Positions 23,219 through 33,179 of a stretch of DNA of 64,000 bases are shown one piece after another. The position numbers and the translations under genes were made by a program. Location: assembly GCA_963728205.1 (NCBI GenBank), contig CAVSIV010000002.1, positions 224,001 to 288,000 of the forward strand, given 5' to 3'. Under the pieces are notes generated by a model. That model was not told the origin of the DNA. It saw only the letters and a list, made by a program, of their open reading frames with translations, and searched no databases. Source of the DNA: an uncultured Chloroflexia bacterium. Its GTDB lineage: Bacteria; Chloroflexota; Dehalococcoidia; UBA2979. Numbering within the stretch: the stretch's first letter is position 1; each line of letters starts with the position of its first letter.

Positions 23219-23692
23219 GTGCGTGCCCAGGAGCACCGGCGTCTCAGCCGTCGGGCCGTGCTCCGGCTCGGATCGCGGCTGTCGCTGGTCGCCGCGTTCG
23301 GCGGCGCGATGGCCGGGTGCGAGGCGGGTGGGGAGACGGCCCCCGGCGTGATCCCGGGCGGCTCGCCCACGCCGGACTTCGCGGGCAGCCCGACGGCGGT
23401 GCACATGACCGATCAGCGCCGGTTCGACCCGCCGTCCGTGCGGATCCGGAAAGGGGCGCAGATCACCTGGATCAACTCGTCGAACATCGCGCACACCGCC
23501 ACGGACGACCCGTCGATCGCGCTCAAGCCGGAGGACGCGATTCTCCCGGGCGGCGCGCAGCCGTGGGATTCGGGGCTGCTGCAGCCCGGCGATCGCTGGA
23601 CGCGGCAGTTCACGGTGCCGGGCGACTACACGTACTTCTGCGTCCCGCACGAGAGCAACGGGATGATCGCCCACATCACGGTGACGCCGTGA
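23219..23692 (+). CDS. Blue-copper cupredoxin (plastocyanin/halocyanin-like), probable Tat lipoprotein
   Basis: SRRAVL..AMAGC signal; ligands HTAT and YFCVPHESNGM. Confidence 0.85.
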   Translation: MRAQEHRRLSRRAVLRLGSRLSLVAAFGGAMAGCEAGGETAPGVIPGGSPTPDFAGSPTAVHMTDQRRFDPPSVRIRKGAQITWINSSNIAHTATDDPSIALKPEDAILPGGAQPWDSGLLQPGDRWTRQFTVPGDYTYFCVPHESNGMIAHITVTP

Positions 23693-24699
23693 CGCGCGCG
23701 CGACGCTGGTCCCGGCGCGTGGCACACGTCGGCGCGGTCCTGCTTCCGGCGCTGCTGGCGGGGTGCGTGCAGAACGGCCAGGACGCGCTGAAGCCCGCGG
23801 GCCAGGGTGCGCGCGTGATCGCGCCGGTCGCCTGGACGATGTTCGGGATGGCCGCCGTGATCTTCCTCGGCGTGATGGCGCTGCTCGCCTGGGCGCTCTT
23901 CCGTCCGCGCGGCGAGGGGCGCCGCGGCCTCAGCGACCGCTCGAGCCACGGGCTCGTGATCGGCGGCGGGTTCGTCCTGCCCATGATCGTGCTCCCGATC
24001 CTGATGGGCATCCTGATCGGCACACTCCGCACGCTCAACGGCCAGAGCCGCACCGACGCGCTCCAGGTCACCGTCACCGCGCACGACTGGTGGTGGGAGT
24101 TCGAGTACCCCCACGAGCAGGTGACGACCGCCACCGAGCTGCACATCCCCGCGGGCCGGCCGGTCGTGATCACCGGGACCTCGGCCGACGTCATTCACTC
24201 GTTCTGGGCGCCGGCGCTCCACGGCAAGATCGACATGATCCCCGGCATCCAGAACTCCATCCGCATCGAGGTCGACCAGCCCGGCACCTACCGCGGGCAG
24301 TGCGCGGAGTTCTGCGGGACGCAGCACGCGCACATGGCGTTCTGGGTGATCGTGGACAGTCCCACCGACTTCGCGGCGTGGATGAAGGCACAGCAGCAAC
24401 CCGCGGTGCAGCCAGACAGCGACAGTGCGCGGCGTGGCGAGCAGGTGTTCACGCAGGGTGTCTGCGCCGCGTGCCACACCATCCGCGGCACCTCCGCCCA
24501 CGAGAAGGTCGGTCCCGACCTCACGCATCTGCAGTCGCGCACGGAGCTGGCCGGCGGCGTCTTCACGAACTCGCGGTCGGCGCTCGGGACGTGGATCACG
24601 TCGCCGCAGGCGATCAAGGCGGGCGCGAACATGCCGCCGACGGTCTTCTCCTCGGCCGACCTCAAGGCCTTGCTCGACTACCTGGAGTCGCTGAAGTGA
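23689..24699 (+). CDS. coxB: Cytochrome c oxidase subunit II with fused cytochrome c (caa3-type)
   Basis: Lipobox LAGC; WWWEFEY; DVIHSFW; CuA motif CAEFCGTQHAHM; heme c CAACH. Confidence 0.95.
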   Translation: MTRARRWSRRVAHVGAVLLPALLAGCVQNGQDALKPAGQGARVIAPVAWTMFGMAAVIFLGVMALLAWALFRPRGEGRRGLSDRSSHGLVIGGGFVLPMIVLPILMGILIGTLRTLNGQSRTDALQVTVTAHDWWWEFEYPHEQVTTATELHIPAGRPVVITGTSADVIHSFWAPALHGKIDMIPGIQNSIRIEVDQPGTYRGQCAEFCGTQHAHMAFWVIVDSPTDFAAWMKAQQQPAVQPDSDSARRGEQVFTQGVCAACHTIRGTSAHEKVGPDLTHLQSRTELAGGVFTNSRSALGTWITSPQAIKAGANMPPTVFSSADLKALLDYLESLK

Positions 24700-24712
24700 T
24701 CGGGGGGCCGCG

Positions 24713-26629
24713 ATGACGACGACGACCGCCGCCCAGCGGCTCGAGCGGCTGTGGGAGACCCCGCGCGAGATCGCATTCCAGCTCGCGACCGTCGATCACA
24801 AGTCGATCGGCCGGCGCTACATCGTGACGGCGTTCGGCTTCTTCCTCGTCGCGGGGCTGGCGGCGATGACGATGCGCGTACAGCTGGCGCACTCGGACCT
24901 CGCCGTGCTCGACCCGGAGACCTACAACCAGTTCTTCTCGATGCACGGCACGATCATGATCTTCCTGTTCGCGACGCCGATGAACTCGGGGTTCGGGAAC
25001 TACTTCGTGCCGCTGATGGTCGGCGCGCGCGACATGGCGTACCCGCGCCTGAACGCGCTGTCGTACTGGGTCTTCCTGTTCTCGGGGCTCTTGCTGCTCG
25101 CGAGCATGGCGCTGGGCGCCGCGCCCGACGACGGCTGGTTCAGCTACTCGCCGCTCAGCGCGTCGGCCTACTCGCCCGGCGTGAACCTCGACTTCTGGGC
25201 GTTGTCGCTGATCTTCCTGAGCATCGCGACCACCGCCGGCGCGGTGAACTTCATCGTGACGATACTCACGCTGCGCGCGCCCGGCATGACCGTGAGCCGG
25301 CTGCCGCTGTTCTGCTGGGCGATCCTGTCGACGTCGTTCACGATCCTCTTTGCGCTGCCGCCGCTGACCGCCGGCAACGTGATGCTGGTGCTCGACCGCC
25401 TGATCAACACCCACTTCTTCGACGCGAACAACGGCGGCAACCCGCTGCTCTGGCAGCACCTGTTCTGGTTCTTCGGGCACCCCGACGTCTACATCATCTT
25501 CCTGCCGGCGATCGGGATGGTGTCGACGGTGATCCCGGTCTTCGCGCGCAAGCCGATCGTGGCCTACACGTTCGTCGCGCTGGCGACGGTGATGACCGGG
25601 TTCATCTCGTTCGGCGTGTGGGTGCACCACATGTTCGCCGTCGGGCTGCCGCAGCTCTCGGTCGCGTTCTTCGGCTCGGCGAGCATGATGATCACGATCC
25701 CGAGCGCCATCCAGATCTTCGCGTGGATCGCAACGATCTGGGGCGGGCACCAGGTGCGATGGCGCACGCCGTTCCTGTTCATGGTCGGGTTCATCGTGCT
25801 CTTCGTGATCGGCGGCCTGAGCGGCGTGATGTTCGCCGTGGTGCCGTTCGACTGGCAGGTGACCGACACCTACTTCGTCGTCGCGCACTTCCACTACGTG
25901 CTGCTCGGCGGCGCGGTCTTCCCGATCTTCGGCGGCCTCTACTACTGGCTGCCGAAGATCACCGGCCGGATGCTCAGCGAGAAGCTCGGGCACCTCAACT
26001 TCTGGCTGATGTTCATCGGGTTCAACCTGACGTTCTTCCCGATGCACATCCTCGGGCTCGAGGGCATGCCGCGCCGCGTCTACACCTACCCGGCCGGCAT
26101 GGGCTGGGACGGCCTCAACCTGACGTCGACGATCGGCGCGTTCGTGCTCGCGGTCGGCGTGCTCGTGTTCATCTTCAACTACTTCTGGAGCCAGGTCTTC
26201 GGCGAGCCCGCCGGCGACAACCCGTGGGAGGCCGACTCGCTCGAGTGGGCGGTGAGCTCTCCGCCGCCTCCGTACAACTTCCTCGCCATCCCGGAGGTCA
26301 TCGGCCGCAACGGCATCTGGGATGACCCCGAGCTGCCCGCGCGCATCCACAACCCGAGCGGACGCCTCGCCCAGCCCGGGGGCGAGATCCACGAGTCGCT
26401 GCAGACCACCACGCTCGACGCCGAGGAGCACCGGCGGCTCGAGATGCCCGAGGACACGCTGTGGCCGCTCGTCCTCGGCTTCGGGCTGCTGCTGGCGTTC
26501 GGCGGCGTGCTGCCGGGGCTGTGGCCGGTGCGCGTGCTCGTCATGGGCACCGGCGTCGCGATCGCGCTCTGGGCGCTGGCGTCGTGGATGTGGCCGAAGA
26601 CGCGGCTGCTGGAGGAGGACGAAGAATGA
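24713..26629 (+). CDS. coxA: Heme-copper oxidase subunit I (A family)
   Basis: MHGTIM, DMAYPRLN, WFFGHPDVY, VWVHHMF, VAHFHY, GMPRR. Confidence 0.96.
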   Translation: MTTTTAAQRLERLWETPREIAFQLATVDHKSIGRRYIVTAFGFFLVAGLAAMTMRVQLAHSDLAVLDPETYNQFFSMHGTIMIFLFATPMNSGFGNYFVPLMVGARDMAYPRLNALSYWVFLFSGLLLLASMALGAAPDDGWFSYSPLSASAYSPGVNLDFWALSLIFLSIATTAGAVNFIVTILTLRAPGMTVSRLPLFCWAILSTSFTILFALPPLTAGNVMLVLDRLINTHFFDANNGGNPLLWQHLFWFFGHPDVYIIFLPAIGMVSTVIPVFARKPIVAYTFVALATVMTGFISFGVWVHHMFAVGLPQLSVAFFGSASMMITIPSAIQIFAWIATIWGGHQVRWRTPFLFMVGFIVLFVIGGLSGVMFAVVPFDWQVTDTYFVVAHFHYVLLGGAVFPIFGGLYYWLPKITGRMLSEKLGHLNFWLMFIGFNLTFFPMHILGLEGMPRRVYTYPAGMGWDGLNLTSTIGAFVLAVGVLVFIFNYFWSQVFGEPAGDNPWEADSLEWAVSSPPPPYNFLAIPEVIGRNGIWDDPELPARIHNPSGRLAQPGGEIHESLQTTTLDAEEHRRLEMPEDTLWPLVLGFGLLLAFGGVLPGLWPVRVLVMGTGVAIALWALASWMWPKTRLLEEDEE

Positions 26630-27234
26630 GCACCGACACCAGCCTGCTCACGCGCCCGCGGCGCAAGTCCGACTTCGCCGGGAAGCCGCTCGGGTGGTGG
26701 GGCCTCGTGCTGTTCATCGCCACCGAGGGCACGCTCTTCGCGTCGCTGCTCAGCAGCTACTTCTACATCCGGTCGGGCGCCGTGCACGGCTGGCCCCCCG
26801 ACGGCATCAAGATCCCCGAGCTCACCTACGTGCTGCCGGCGACCGTCGCGCTGCTGGGCAGCACGGTGCCGGCCATCGTCGCAGAGCAGGCGATGAAGCG
26901 CGGCCGCCGCGGCTGGGTCCAGATCGCGCTCGCGGCGACGATGCTGCTCGGCGCGATCTTCCTCGCGCTCGAGGGCTGGGAGTTCGCGCATTCGGAGTTC
27001 GGCCCGCAGCGCGACGCCTACGGCTCGCTCTTCTTCACCATCATCAGCTTCCACGCCATGCACCTCATCGTCGGGCTGCTGATCCTCGCGTACCTCCAGG
27101 CGCGGCTGCTCGCCGGCCACTTCACGGACGAGGCGCACGAGGCGCTCTCGAACGGGACGCTGTACTGGCACTTCGTCGACGTCGTCTGGATCGCGGTCTT
27201 CACGACCATCTATCTCTCGCCGAGGTTCGGATGA
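26626..27234 (+). CDS. coxC: Cytochrome c oxidase subunit III
   Basis: FIATEGTLF, YGSLFFTIISFHAMH, LYWHFVDVVW. Confidence 0.93.
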   Translation: MSTDTSLLTRPRRKSDFAGKPLGWWGLVLFIATEGTLFASLLSSYFYIRSGAVHGWPPDGIKIPELTYVLPATVALLGSTVPAIVAEQAMKRGRRGWVQIALAATMLLGAIFLALEGWEFAHSEFGPQRDAYGSLFFTIISFHAMHLIVGLLILAYLQARLLAGHFTDEAHEALSNGTLYWHFVDVVWIAVFTTIYLSPRFG

Positions 27235-27641
27235 GCGCGATGTCCGATCCGCCGCACGCCACCCGCGAACGGTCCTTCGTCGACGTCGACCTGCCGTCGC
27301 CGTGGCTCCTGCTGTTCGCGCTGATGGGCGGGCCGCTCGCGTGGGCGGGTGCACTGATGGCGAACTACACGGTGTCGTCGCAGACGTGCGCGAACGGCTG
27401 GCGCGCGCCGCACCTGCTGATGGCCGGGATCACGATCGCGGCGTGCGTGATCTGCGTGGCGTCCGGGCTCGCGGCGATCGTCGCGTGGCGGGCGGTGCCC
27501 GACGTCGAAGGCGCGGCGGTGTCGCGCGCGCGCTTCATGGCGCACGGCGGTCTGATGTTGAGCGCGCTCGGGCTCCCGCTGACCGTCTTCCTGATCGTGC
27601 CCGCGGTGTTCCTGCAGATGTGTGCGACGGGCCATGTGTAG
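27231..27641 (+). CDS. Small 3-TM membrane protein of the oxidase operon
   Basis: LFALMGGPLAW..QTC.., SRARFMAH; translationally coupled to both neighbours. Confidence 0.7.
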   Translation: MSAMSDPPHATRERSFVDVDLPSPWLLLFALMGGPLAWAGALMANYTVSSQTCANGWRAPHLLMAGITIAACVICVASGLAAIVAWRAVPDVEGAAVSRARFMAHGGLMLSALGLPLTVFLIVPAVFLQMCATGHV

Positions 27642-28617
27642 GGCACGCCTGCGCGGACGGCTCGTCGCGGCGGGGGCCGTCGCGACCGCCGCGCTCGCGG
27701 CGGCGCCGGTGGTCGCGTTCGCGCACGCCGGCGGCGCGGCGGCCGGCGGCGCCGACGTGGCGACGGCGCTGCGCACGTGGCCGTGGAGCGACGGCGCCGC
27801 GGTCGCGCTGCTGCTCGGCGCGCCGTACGCGGTCGGGCTCTGGCGGCTGCGCGGGGCCGCCGGCGCGCGGGGGCGCGCGTCGTGGGGCGACGCGGCGTAC
27901 CTGGCCGGCGTGGCGGTCGCGGCGCTCGCCGTCGGCACGCCGCTCGACGGCATGGGCGACGCGGTCTTCTCGATGCACATGACGCAGCACCTGGTGCTGA
28001 TGCTCGTCGCCGCGCCGCTCCTCGCCGCCGGCCGTCCCGCGGCCGTGCTCGCCTGGGCGCTCCCGCCCGCGGCGCGCCCTGCCGTGCGCCGCGCGCTCCG
28101 GCCGCGGGCCCCCCGCCGCGCGTGCCGGGCGCTGACGCGCCTGCCCATCGCCGCGACCGTCTTCACCTGCCTGCTCTGGGCCTGGCATGCGCCCGCGCTG
28201 TTCGACGCGGCCGTCGCGCACGACGCCGTGCACGCCGTCGAGCACGCCTGCTTCCTCGGCTCCGCCTGGCTCTTCTGGCACGCCTACTTCCGCGAGGCGC
28301 TCGGGGGCGGCAACCGCGCGGCCGGCGCGCTCACGGCGGCGTTCCTCGTCGCCGCGCAGGCGAGCGTGCTCGCCGCGCTGCTCACGTTCTCGGCCGCTCC
28401 GTGGTACGCGCCGTACGCGACGCCCGTCGCCGGGTGGCCCGCCGGCCCGCTCGCGGACCAGCAGCTCGGCGGCCTGCTGATGTGGATCCCGTCGAACCTC
28501 TTCTTCATCGGCGCCTCGGCCGCCGCCTTCCTGCTGTGGATCCGCGCCGCCGAGCGCGACGCCCGCCGCACGCCGCCCGCCGGACGCCCGGCGGCGACCC
28601 GAGGGGAGGTGACCTGA
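27634..28617 (+). CDS. ctaG: Caa3-type CtaG cytochrome oxidase assembly factor
   Basis: [44 protein letters not shown]. Confidence 0.88.
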   Translation: MCRARLRGRLVAAGAVATAALAAAPVVAFAHAGGAAAGGADVATALRTWPWSDGAAVALLLGAPYAVGLWRLRGAAGARGRASWGDAAYLAGVAVAALAVGTPLDGMGDAVFSMHMTQHLVLMLVAAPLLAAGRPAAVLAWALPPAARPAVRRALRPRAPRRACRALTRLPIAATVFTCLLWAWHAPALFDAAVAHDAVHAVEHACFLGSAWLFWHAYFREALGGGNRAAGALTAAFLVAAQASVLAALLTFSAAPWYAPYATPVAGWPAGPLADQQLGGLLMWIPSNLFFIGASAAAFLLWIRAAERDARRTPPAGRPAATRGEVT

Positions 28618-29156
28618 TGGCGGACCAGTCCGCCCGCCGTCCGGACGACGATGTCGTTAGCCGGCGCCGATTCTTCGAGAAGCTTTCGATCGGGCTCGGC
28701 GCGCTGGCCGGGACGATGGTCGCCGTGCCCGTCATCGGATACGTCTTCGGGCCGTTCCTCAGGCCGGCCCCCTCGGCGTGGCGGCCGGTGGGGAAGGTCG
28801 ACGACTTCACGGTGGGAAAGACCGTGGAGGTCACCTACGACGACCCGGAGCCCGCGCGCTGGGCCGGCACGACCGCGCGCTCCGGCGCCTGGCTGCACCG
28901 CGTGAAGGGTGAGGAGTTCGTCGCGTACTCGATCCACTGCACGCACCTGGGGTGCGAGGTGCGCTGGATCGCGTCGGCCGAGCTGTTCATGTGCCCGTGC
29001 CACGGAGGCGTGTACTACGCCAACGGCGTCGTGGCGGCCGGCCCGCCGCCGCGGCCGCTCGTCCAGCTGCGCGTGCGTGTGAACCAGGGGCAGGTCGAGA
29101 TCCAGACGCACGCCGTGCCGATCACGGGCGGCCGCTTCCGGGAGGTGAGCGGCTGA
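28617..29156 (+). CDS. qcrA: Rieske [2Fe-2S] subunit of a bc complex
   Basis: Tat motif SRRRFF; CTHLGC and CPCHGG. Confidence 0.93.
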   Translation: MADQSARRPDDDVVSRRRFFEKLSIGLGALAGTMVAVPVIGYVFGPFLRPAPSAWRPVGKVDDFTVGKTVEVTYDDPEPARWAGTTARSGAWLHRVKGEEFVAYSIHCTHLGCEVRWIASAELFMCPCHGGVYYANGVVAAGPPPRPLVQLRVRVNQGQVEIQTHAVPITGGRFREVSG

Positions 29157-30589
29157 TGTTCCACCGCGTGCGCCGCCTGACCTGGGACGTCGGCACGTGG
29201 CTCGACGACCGCGGGGGCTTCTCGAAGGCCCTGGGGCCACTGCTCAAGCACCGGGTGCCGCCACAGCTCGGCGGCCGCGCCGGCTGGATGTACGTGCTCG
29301 GCGCGTCGGTGCTCACGGTCTTCATCATGCAGGTCGTCACCGGCATCGCGCTGGCGATGATCTACGTGCCCTCGCCGAACGCCGCCCACGAGAGCCTGAA
29401 GTTCATCGACTCGCAGGCCCCGCTCGGGCACTTCATTCGCGGCATGCACTTCATCGGCGCGTCGTTCATGGTGGGGCTCGTCGCCATCCACATGGCGCGC
29501 GTGGTGCTGACGGCCTCGTACAAGTTCCCCCGCGAGCTGAACTGGCTGACGGGCTCCGCGCTGCTGATGCTTACGCTCTTCATGGCGTTCACGGGGCAGA
29601 TGCTGCGCTGGGACCAGGACGCCATCGGGTCGGTGCTCGTCGCTGCGGACCAGATGGGCCGCATCCCGCTGATCGGCGGCTCGCTCGCGAACTTCGTCTT
29701 CGCCGGCCGCAACATCGGCGCCTCGACGTTGACGCGGTTCTTCGTCTACCACGTGTTCGTCTTCGCCGGCCTGATCATCCTGATCGTCACCCTTCACCTG
29801 TACCTCGTGATCCACAATGGCGTCAGCGAGCCGCCGCGGTCGGGGCGCAAGGTCGACCCGAAGACCTACCGCTCCTGGTACCACTCGATGCTCGAGCGCG
29901 AAGGCCTGCCCTACTTCCCCGATGCCGTGTGGAAGGAGGTCGCGGTCGCCGTCGTGGTGATCGCGGCGATCATGGTGCTGGCGTGGGCCGTGGGCCCCCG
30001 CCCGCTCGGCGATCCGCCCGACCCGACGGCGGTCACGGGGAACCCGCGTCCCGACTGGTACATGGTGTGGATCTACGCGATCCTCGCGAAGACCCCGCAC
30101 GTGGCCGAGGACTGGGTGATCGTCGGTCTGCCGCTGGCGGCGGTCGTGACGCTGATCGCGGTGCCGTTCGCCTTCCGGGGCGGCGAGCGCAGCCCGTTCC
30201 GGCGGCCGTGGGCCCCGGCGATCGTGCTGTCGATTGCGCTAGTGGTCGGCGGATTCTGGTGGATCGGGCGCATCGCGCCGTGGTCGCCGATCTTCGACGC
30301 GCCGCCGCTGACGCCGGAGCTGGTGGGGGCGTCGTCGGGGCCGGTATGGGAGGGCTCGCAGGAGTTCTACGCGCGCGGCTGTCTGTACTGCCACAAGGTG
30401 AACGGCGACGGTGGTGTGCGCGGGCCGGATCTCACCCACGTGACGAAGCGGCTGACCGACGCCGACATCCGCGCGCGCATCCTCACCGGGCCGCCGGGCA
30501 TGCCGTCCTACGCGAACATCCTCACGCCCGAGCAGGTCGACTCGATCCTCACGTTCCTCAAGGCGCAGGACGCACGGCACCCGCAGTGA
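29156..30589 (+). CDS. qcrB: Cytochrome b with C-terminally fused c-type cytochrome
   Basis: IRGMHF..IHMARV, PRELNWLTG, HVF..LHL, PDWY, C-terminal CLYCH..GMP. Confidence 0.92.
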   Translation: MFHRVRRLTWDVGTWLDDRGGFSKALGPLLKHRVPPQLGGRAGWMYVLGASVLTVFIMQVVTGIALAMIYVPSPNAAHESLKFIDSQAPLGHFIRGMHFIGASFMVGLVAIHMARVVLTASYKFPRELNWLTGSALLMLTLFMAFTGQMLRWDQDAIGSVLVAADQMGRIPLIGGSLANFVFAGRNIGASTLTRFFVYHVFVFAGLIILIVTLHLYLVIHNGVSEPPRSGRKVDPKTYRSWYHSMLEREGLPYFPDAVWKEVAVAVVVIAAIMVLAWAVGPRPLGDPPDPTAVTGNPRPDWYMVWIYAILAKTPHVAEDWVIVGLPLAAVVTLIAVPFAFRGGERSPFRRPWAPAIVLSIALVVGGFWWIGRIAPWSPIFDAPPLTPELVGASSGPVWEGSQEFYARGCLYCHKVNGDGGVRGPDLTHVTKRLTDADIRARILTGPPGMPSYANILTPEQVDSILTFLKAQDARHPQ

Positions 30590-30620
30590 CGTGCCACGGC
30601 CTGCGGACGAGGAAGCGGTC

Positions 30621-32492
30621 ATGACCGGCGTCGCGCCAGCGGAGGCTCAGCGCTCGATCGGCGACTACGCCGTGATCGGCGACTGTCGCAGCGCCGCGCT
30701 GGTGTCGCGCGACGGCTCCGTCGACTGGCTCTGCCTGCCGCGCTTCGACAGCAGCCCCGTCTTCGGCGCCCTGCTGGCGCCGACGATCGGCGGGCGGTTC
30801 GCGGTGACCGTGCCGGGGGCGACCGTCGAGCGGCGCTACCTCCCCGACACGAACGTGCTCGAGACGACGTACGCGACGCCGTCGGGGCGGTGCCGTGTGC
30901 TCGACGCGATGACGGTCGGCGATGCCGCGGAGGTGGACCGCGTCGACTGGCCGGAGCGCGAGCTGCTGCGCGTGGTCGAGTGCCTGGAGGGCAGCGTGGA
31001 GGTGCGCGTCGAGTGCGCGCCGCGCGCGGACTTCGGCCGGTCCTCGGTCGCGATCGAAGACCGTGGCGCGCTCGGCCACTGGTGGCGCGCCGGTCCGGGT
31101 GCATGCGCGATGCACAGCGACCCGCCGCTCGTGCGCACGGGCAGCGGGCGGCTCGCGTCGACCCGGCGGCTCGACGCCGGAGAGCGGTGGCACCTCTCGC
31201 TCGTCTATGCCGAGGACGCACCGGCGACGATCCCGCCGCTCGGCGACGCCGCGCGTGAGCGCCTGGCGGCGACGATCGGCTGGTGGCGCCGATGGAGCGC
31301 CGCGCGCACGTACGACGGCCCGTACCGCGAGCACGTCATGCGCAGCGCGCTGGCGCTGCGGCTCCTCATCTACGCGCCGTCCGGCGCGATCGTGGCCTCG
31401 CCCACGACGTCGCTGCCGGAAGGCATCGGAGGCGAGCGCAACTGGGACTATCGCTACGCGTGGCTGCGCGACGCGTCGTTCGTCGTGCGCGCGCTGCTGC
31501 GCCTCTCGGCAGACGACGAGACCGAGTCGTTCGTCAGCTGGCTGCTCCACGCGACACGGCTCACGCAGCCGCACCTGCGCGTGCTCTACGACGTCTTCGG
31601 ACGCGAGCCGCCGGCGGAGCGCGAGCTCGCGGGGCTGCCGGGCTTTCGCGGCTCGCGCCCCGTGCGTGTCGGCAACGCCGCCGCGCAGCAGCTGCAGCTG
31701 GACGTCTACGGCGAGGTCGTCGACGCCGTCGCGCGCTGGGGCGAGCGCATCCAGCGCTACGACCGGCAGGAGTCGAAGGTGCTCGACGGCATCGGGAGGC
31801 TAATCACGCGCATCTGGGACGAGCGCGACGCCGGCATCTGGGAGGTCCGCTCGTCGCCGCAGCGCTTCACGCTCGGCAAGGTCATGTGCTGGGTCGCGCT
31901 GGACCGGCTCGTGCGACTGCACGACGACGGCCTGATCGACGTCTCCGTCGACGCCTTCCGCCGCGCGGCGGACGAGATCCGCGACGCGGTGGAGCGCCGC
32001 GGCTTCGACGCCGCGCGGAACAGCTACCGCCGCGCGTTCGACGGGGACGAGGTCGATGCGTCGCTGCTGCGGCTGCCCCTGCTCGGGTTCGTCGACGTCG
32101 ACGACGCGCGCATGCGCGGCACCTACGAGCGCATCGAGCGCGACCTCGGGCTGGGCCGGGGGCTGGTCCGGCGGTACCCGCAGCACAGCAAGGACGGCGT
32201 CTCCGGCGAGGAGTCCGCGTTCGCCGTGTGCTCGTTCTGGCGCGTCGAGTACCTCGCGCGCGCGGGGCGCGTCGAGGAGGCGGAGGCGGCCTTCGAGCAG
32301 GTGCTCGGCTTCGCGAACGACCTTGGGTTGTTCGCGGAGGAGATCGACCCGGGGACGGGCGAGGCGCTCGGCAACTTCCCGCTGGGGCTTACCCACGTCG
32401 GCGTGGTGAACGCAGCATGCACGATCGCGGAGGCGCGGGCGCAGCGCGACGGCGACCGGAGGCCGGCGACGGTGGACGGAGGTGGCGCATGA
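30621..32492 (+). CDS. Glycoside hydrolase family 15 (glucoamylase/trehalase-like)
   Basis: IGDCRSAALV..DWLCLPRFDS, PTTSLPE..RNWDYRYAWLRD, QLDVYGE, GIWEVR, LGNFP. Confidence 0.93.
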   Translation: MTGVAPAEAQRSIGDYAVIGDCRSAALVSRDGSVDWLCLPRFDSSPVFGALLAPTIGGRFAVTVPGATVERRYLPDTNVLETTYATPSGRCRVLDAMTVGDAAEVDRVDWPERELLRVVECLEGSVEVRVECAPRADFGRSSVAIEDRGALGHWWRAGPGACAMHSDPPLVRTGSGRLASTRRLDAGERWHLSLVYAEDAPATIPPLGDAARERLAATIGWWRRWSAARTYDGPYREHVMRSALALRLLIYAPSGAIVASPTTSLPEGIGGERNWDYRYAWLRDASFVVRALLRLSADDETESFVSWLLHATRLTQPHLRVLYDVFGREPPAERELAGLPGFRGSRPVRVGNAAAQQLQLDVYGEVVDAVARWGERIQRYDRQESKVLDGIGRLITRIWDERDAGIWEVRSSPQRFTLGKVMCWVALDRLVRLHDDGLIDVSVDAFRRAADEIRDAVERRGFDAARNSYRRAFDGDEVDASLLRLPLLGFVDVDDARMRGTYERIERDLGLGRGLVRRYPQHSKDGVSGEESAFAVCSFWRVEYLARAGRVEEAEAAFEQVLGFANDLGLFAEEIDPGTGEALGNFPLGLTHVGVVNAACTIAEARAQRDGDRRPATVDGGGA

Positions 32493-32974
32493 ATCGCACC
32501 GGGGTGGTGCTCTGGGGGCTCGTCTCGACCATCGTGATGACGACGACGATGGCCGGCAGCCAGGCGCTGCGGCTGACGCGCATGAACGTCCCGTACATGC
32601 TCGGGACGATGGTGACGGACGACCGGGACCGCGCCACGATGCTGGGGCTGGTCGTGCACGTGGTGAGCGGGCTCGGGTTCGCCGCGTTCTACGCCGCGGC
32701 GTTCGAGAGCTGGCGGCGCGCGACGTGGTGGGCGGGCGCGGCGATCGGCGTGCTGCACGGCGCGGCGATGCTGCTGGTGGGGATGCGCGCGCTGCCGGCG
32801 GTGCACCCGCGCATGGTCCGCGAGGACGAGGGGCCGCGCGCGACGCGCCAGCTCGAGCCGCCGGGCTGGCTCGCGCTCAACTACGGCCCGCGCACGCCGG
32901 CGACGGTCATGCTCGGCCACGTGCTGTTCGGCGCGATCTTCGGGGCGTGCTACCGGCCGTCGCACCGCCGCTGA
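32489..32974 (+). CDS. Conserved hypothetical 4-TM membrane protein
   Basis: Overlaps the GH15 stop; motifs LPAVHPRM, LEPPG, NYGPRTP..HVLFG. Confidence 0.75.
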   Translation: MNRTGVVLWGLVSTIVMTTTMAGSQALRLTRMNVPYMLGTMVTDDRDRATMLGLVVHVVSGLGFAAFYAAAFESWRRATWWAGAAIGVLHGAAMLLVGMRALPAVHPRMVREDEGPRATRQLEPPGWLALNYGPRTPATVMLGHVLFGAIFGACYRPSHRR

Positions 32975-33179
32975 GGCGGGCGGGTGGTGACGGACGGCCG
33001 CGGCTCCGCGAGGACGTCCCCGAGTCGTCTCCGGCGTGCAGCATGTCGATTCGTCATGGGCGCCCACCACAGCGGCGCCGCATCGCACACTGCCTGCGAG
33101 CCCGGGGCGCCGCGAACGAGTCGCGCGCAGCGGGCGTTGTACCGGGGAGGCGTCGGTGAACCGGCGCGCGCCGAACGGG

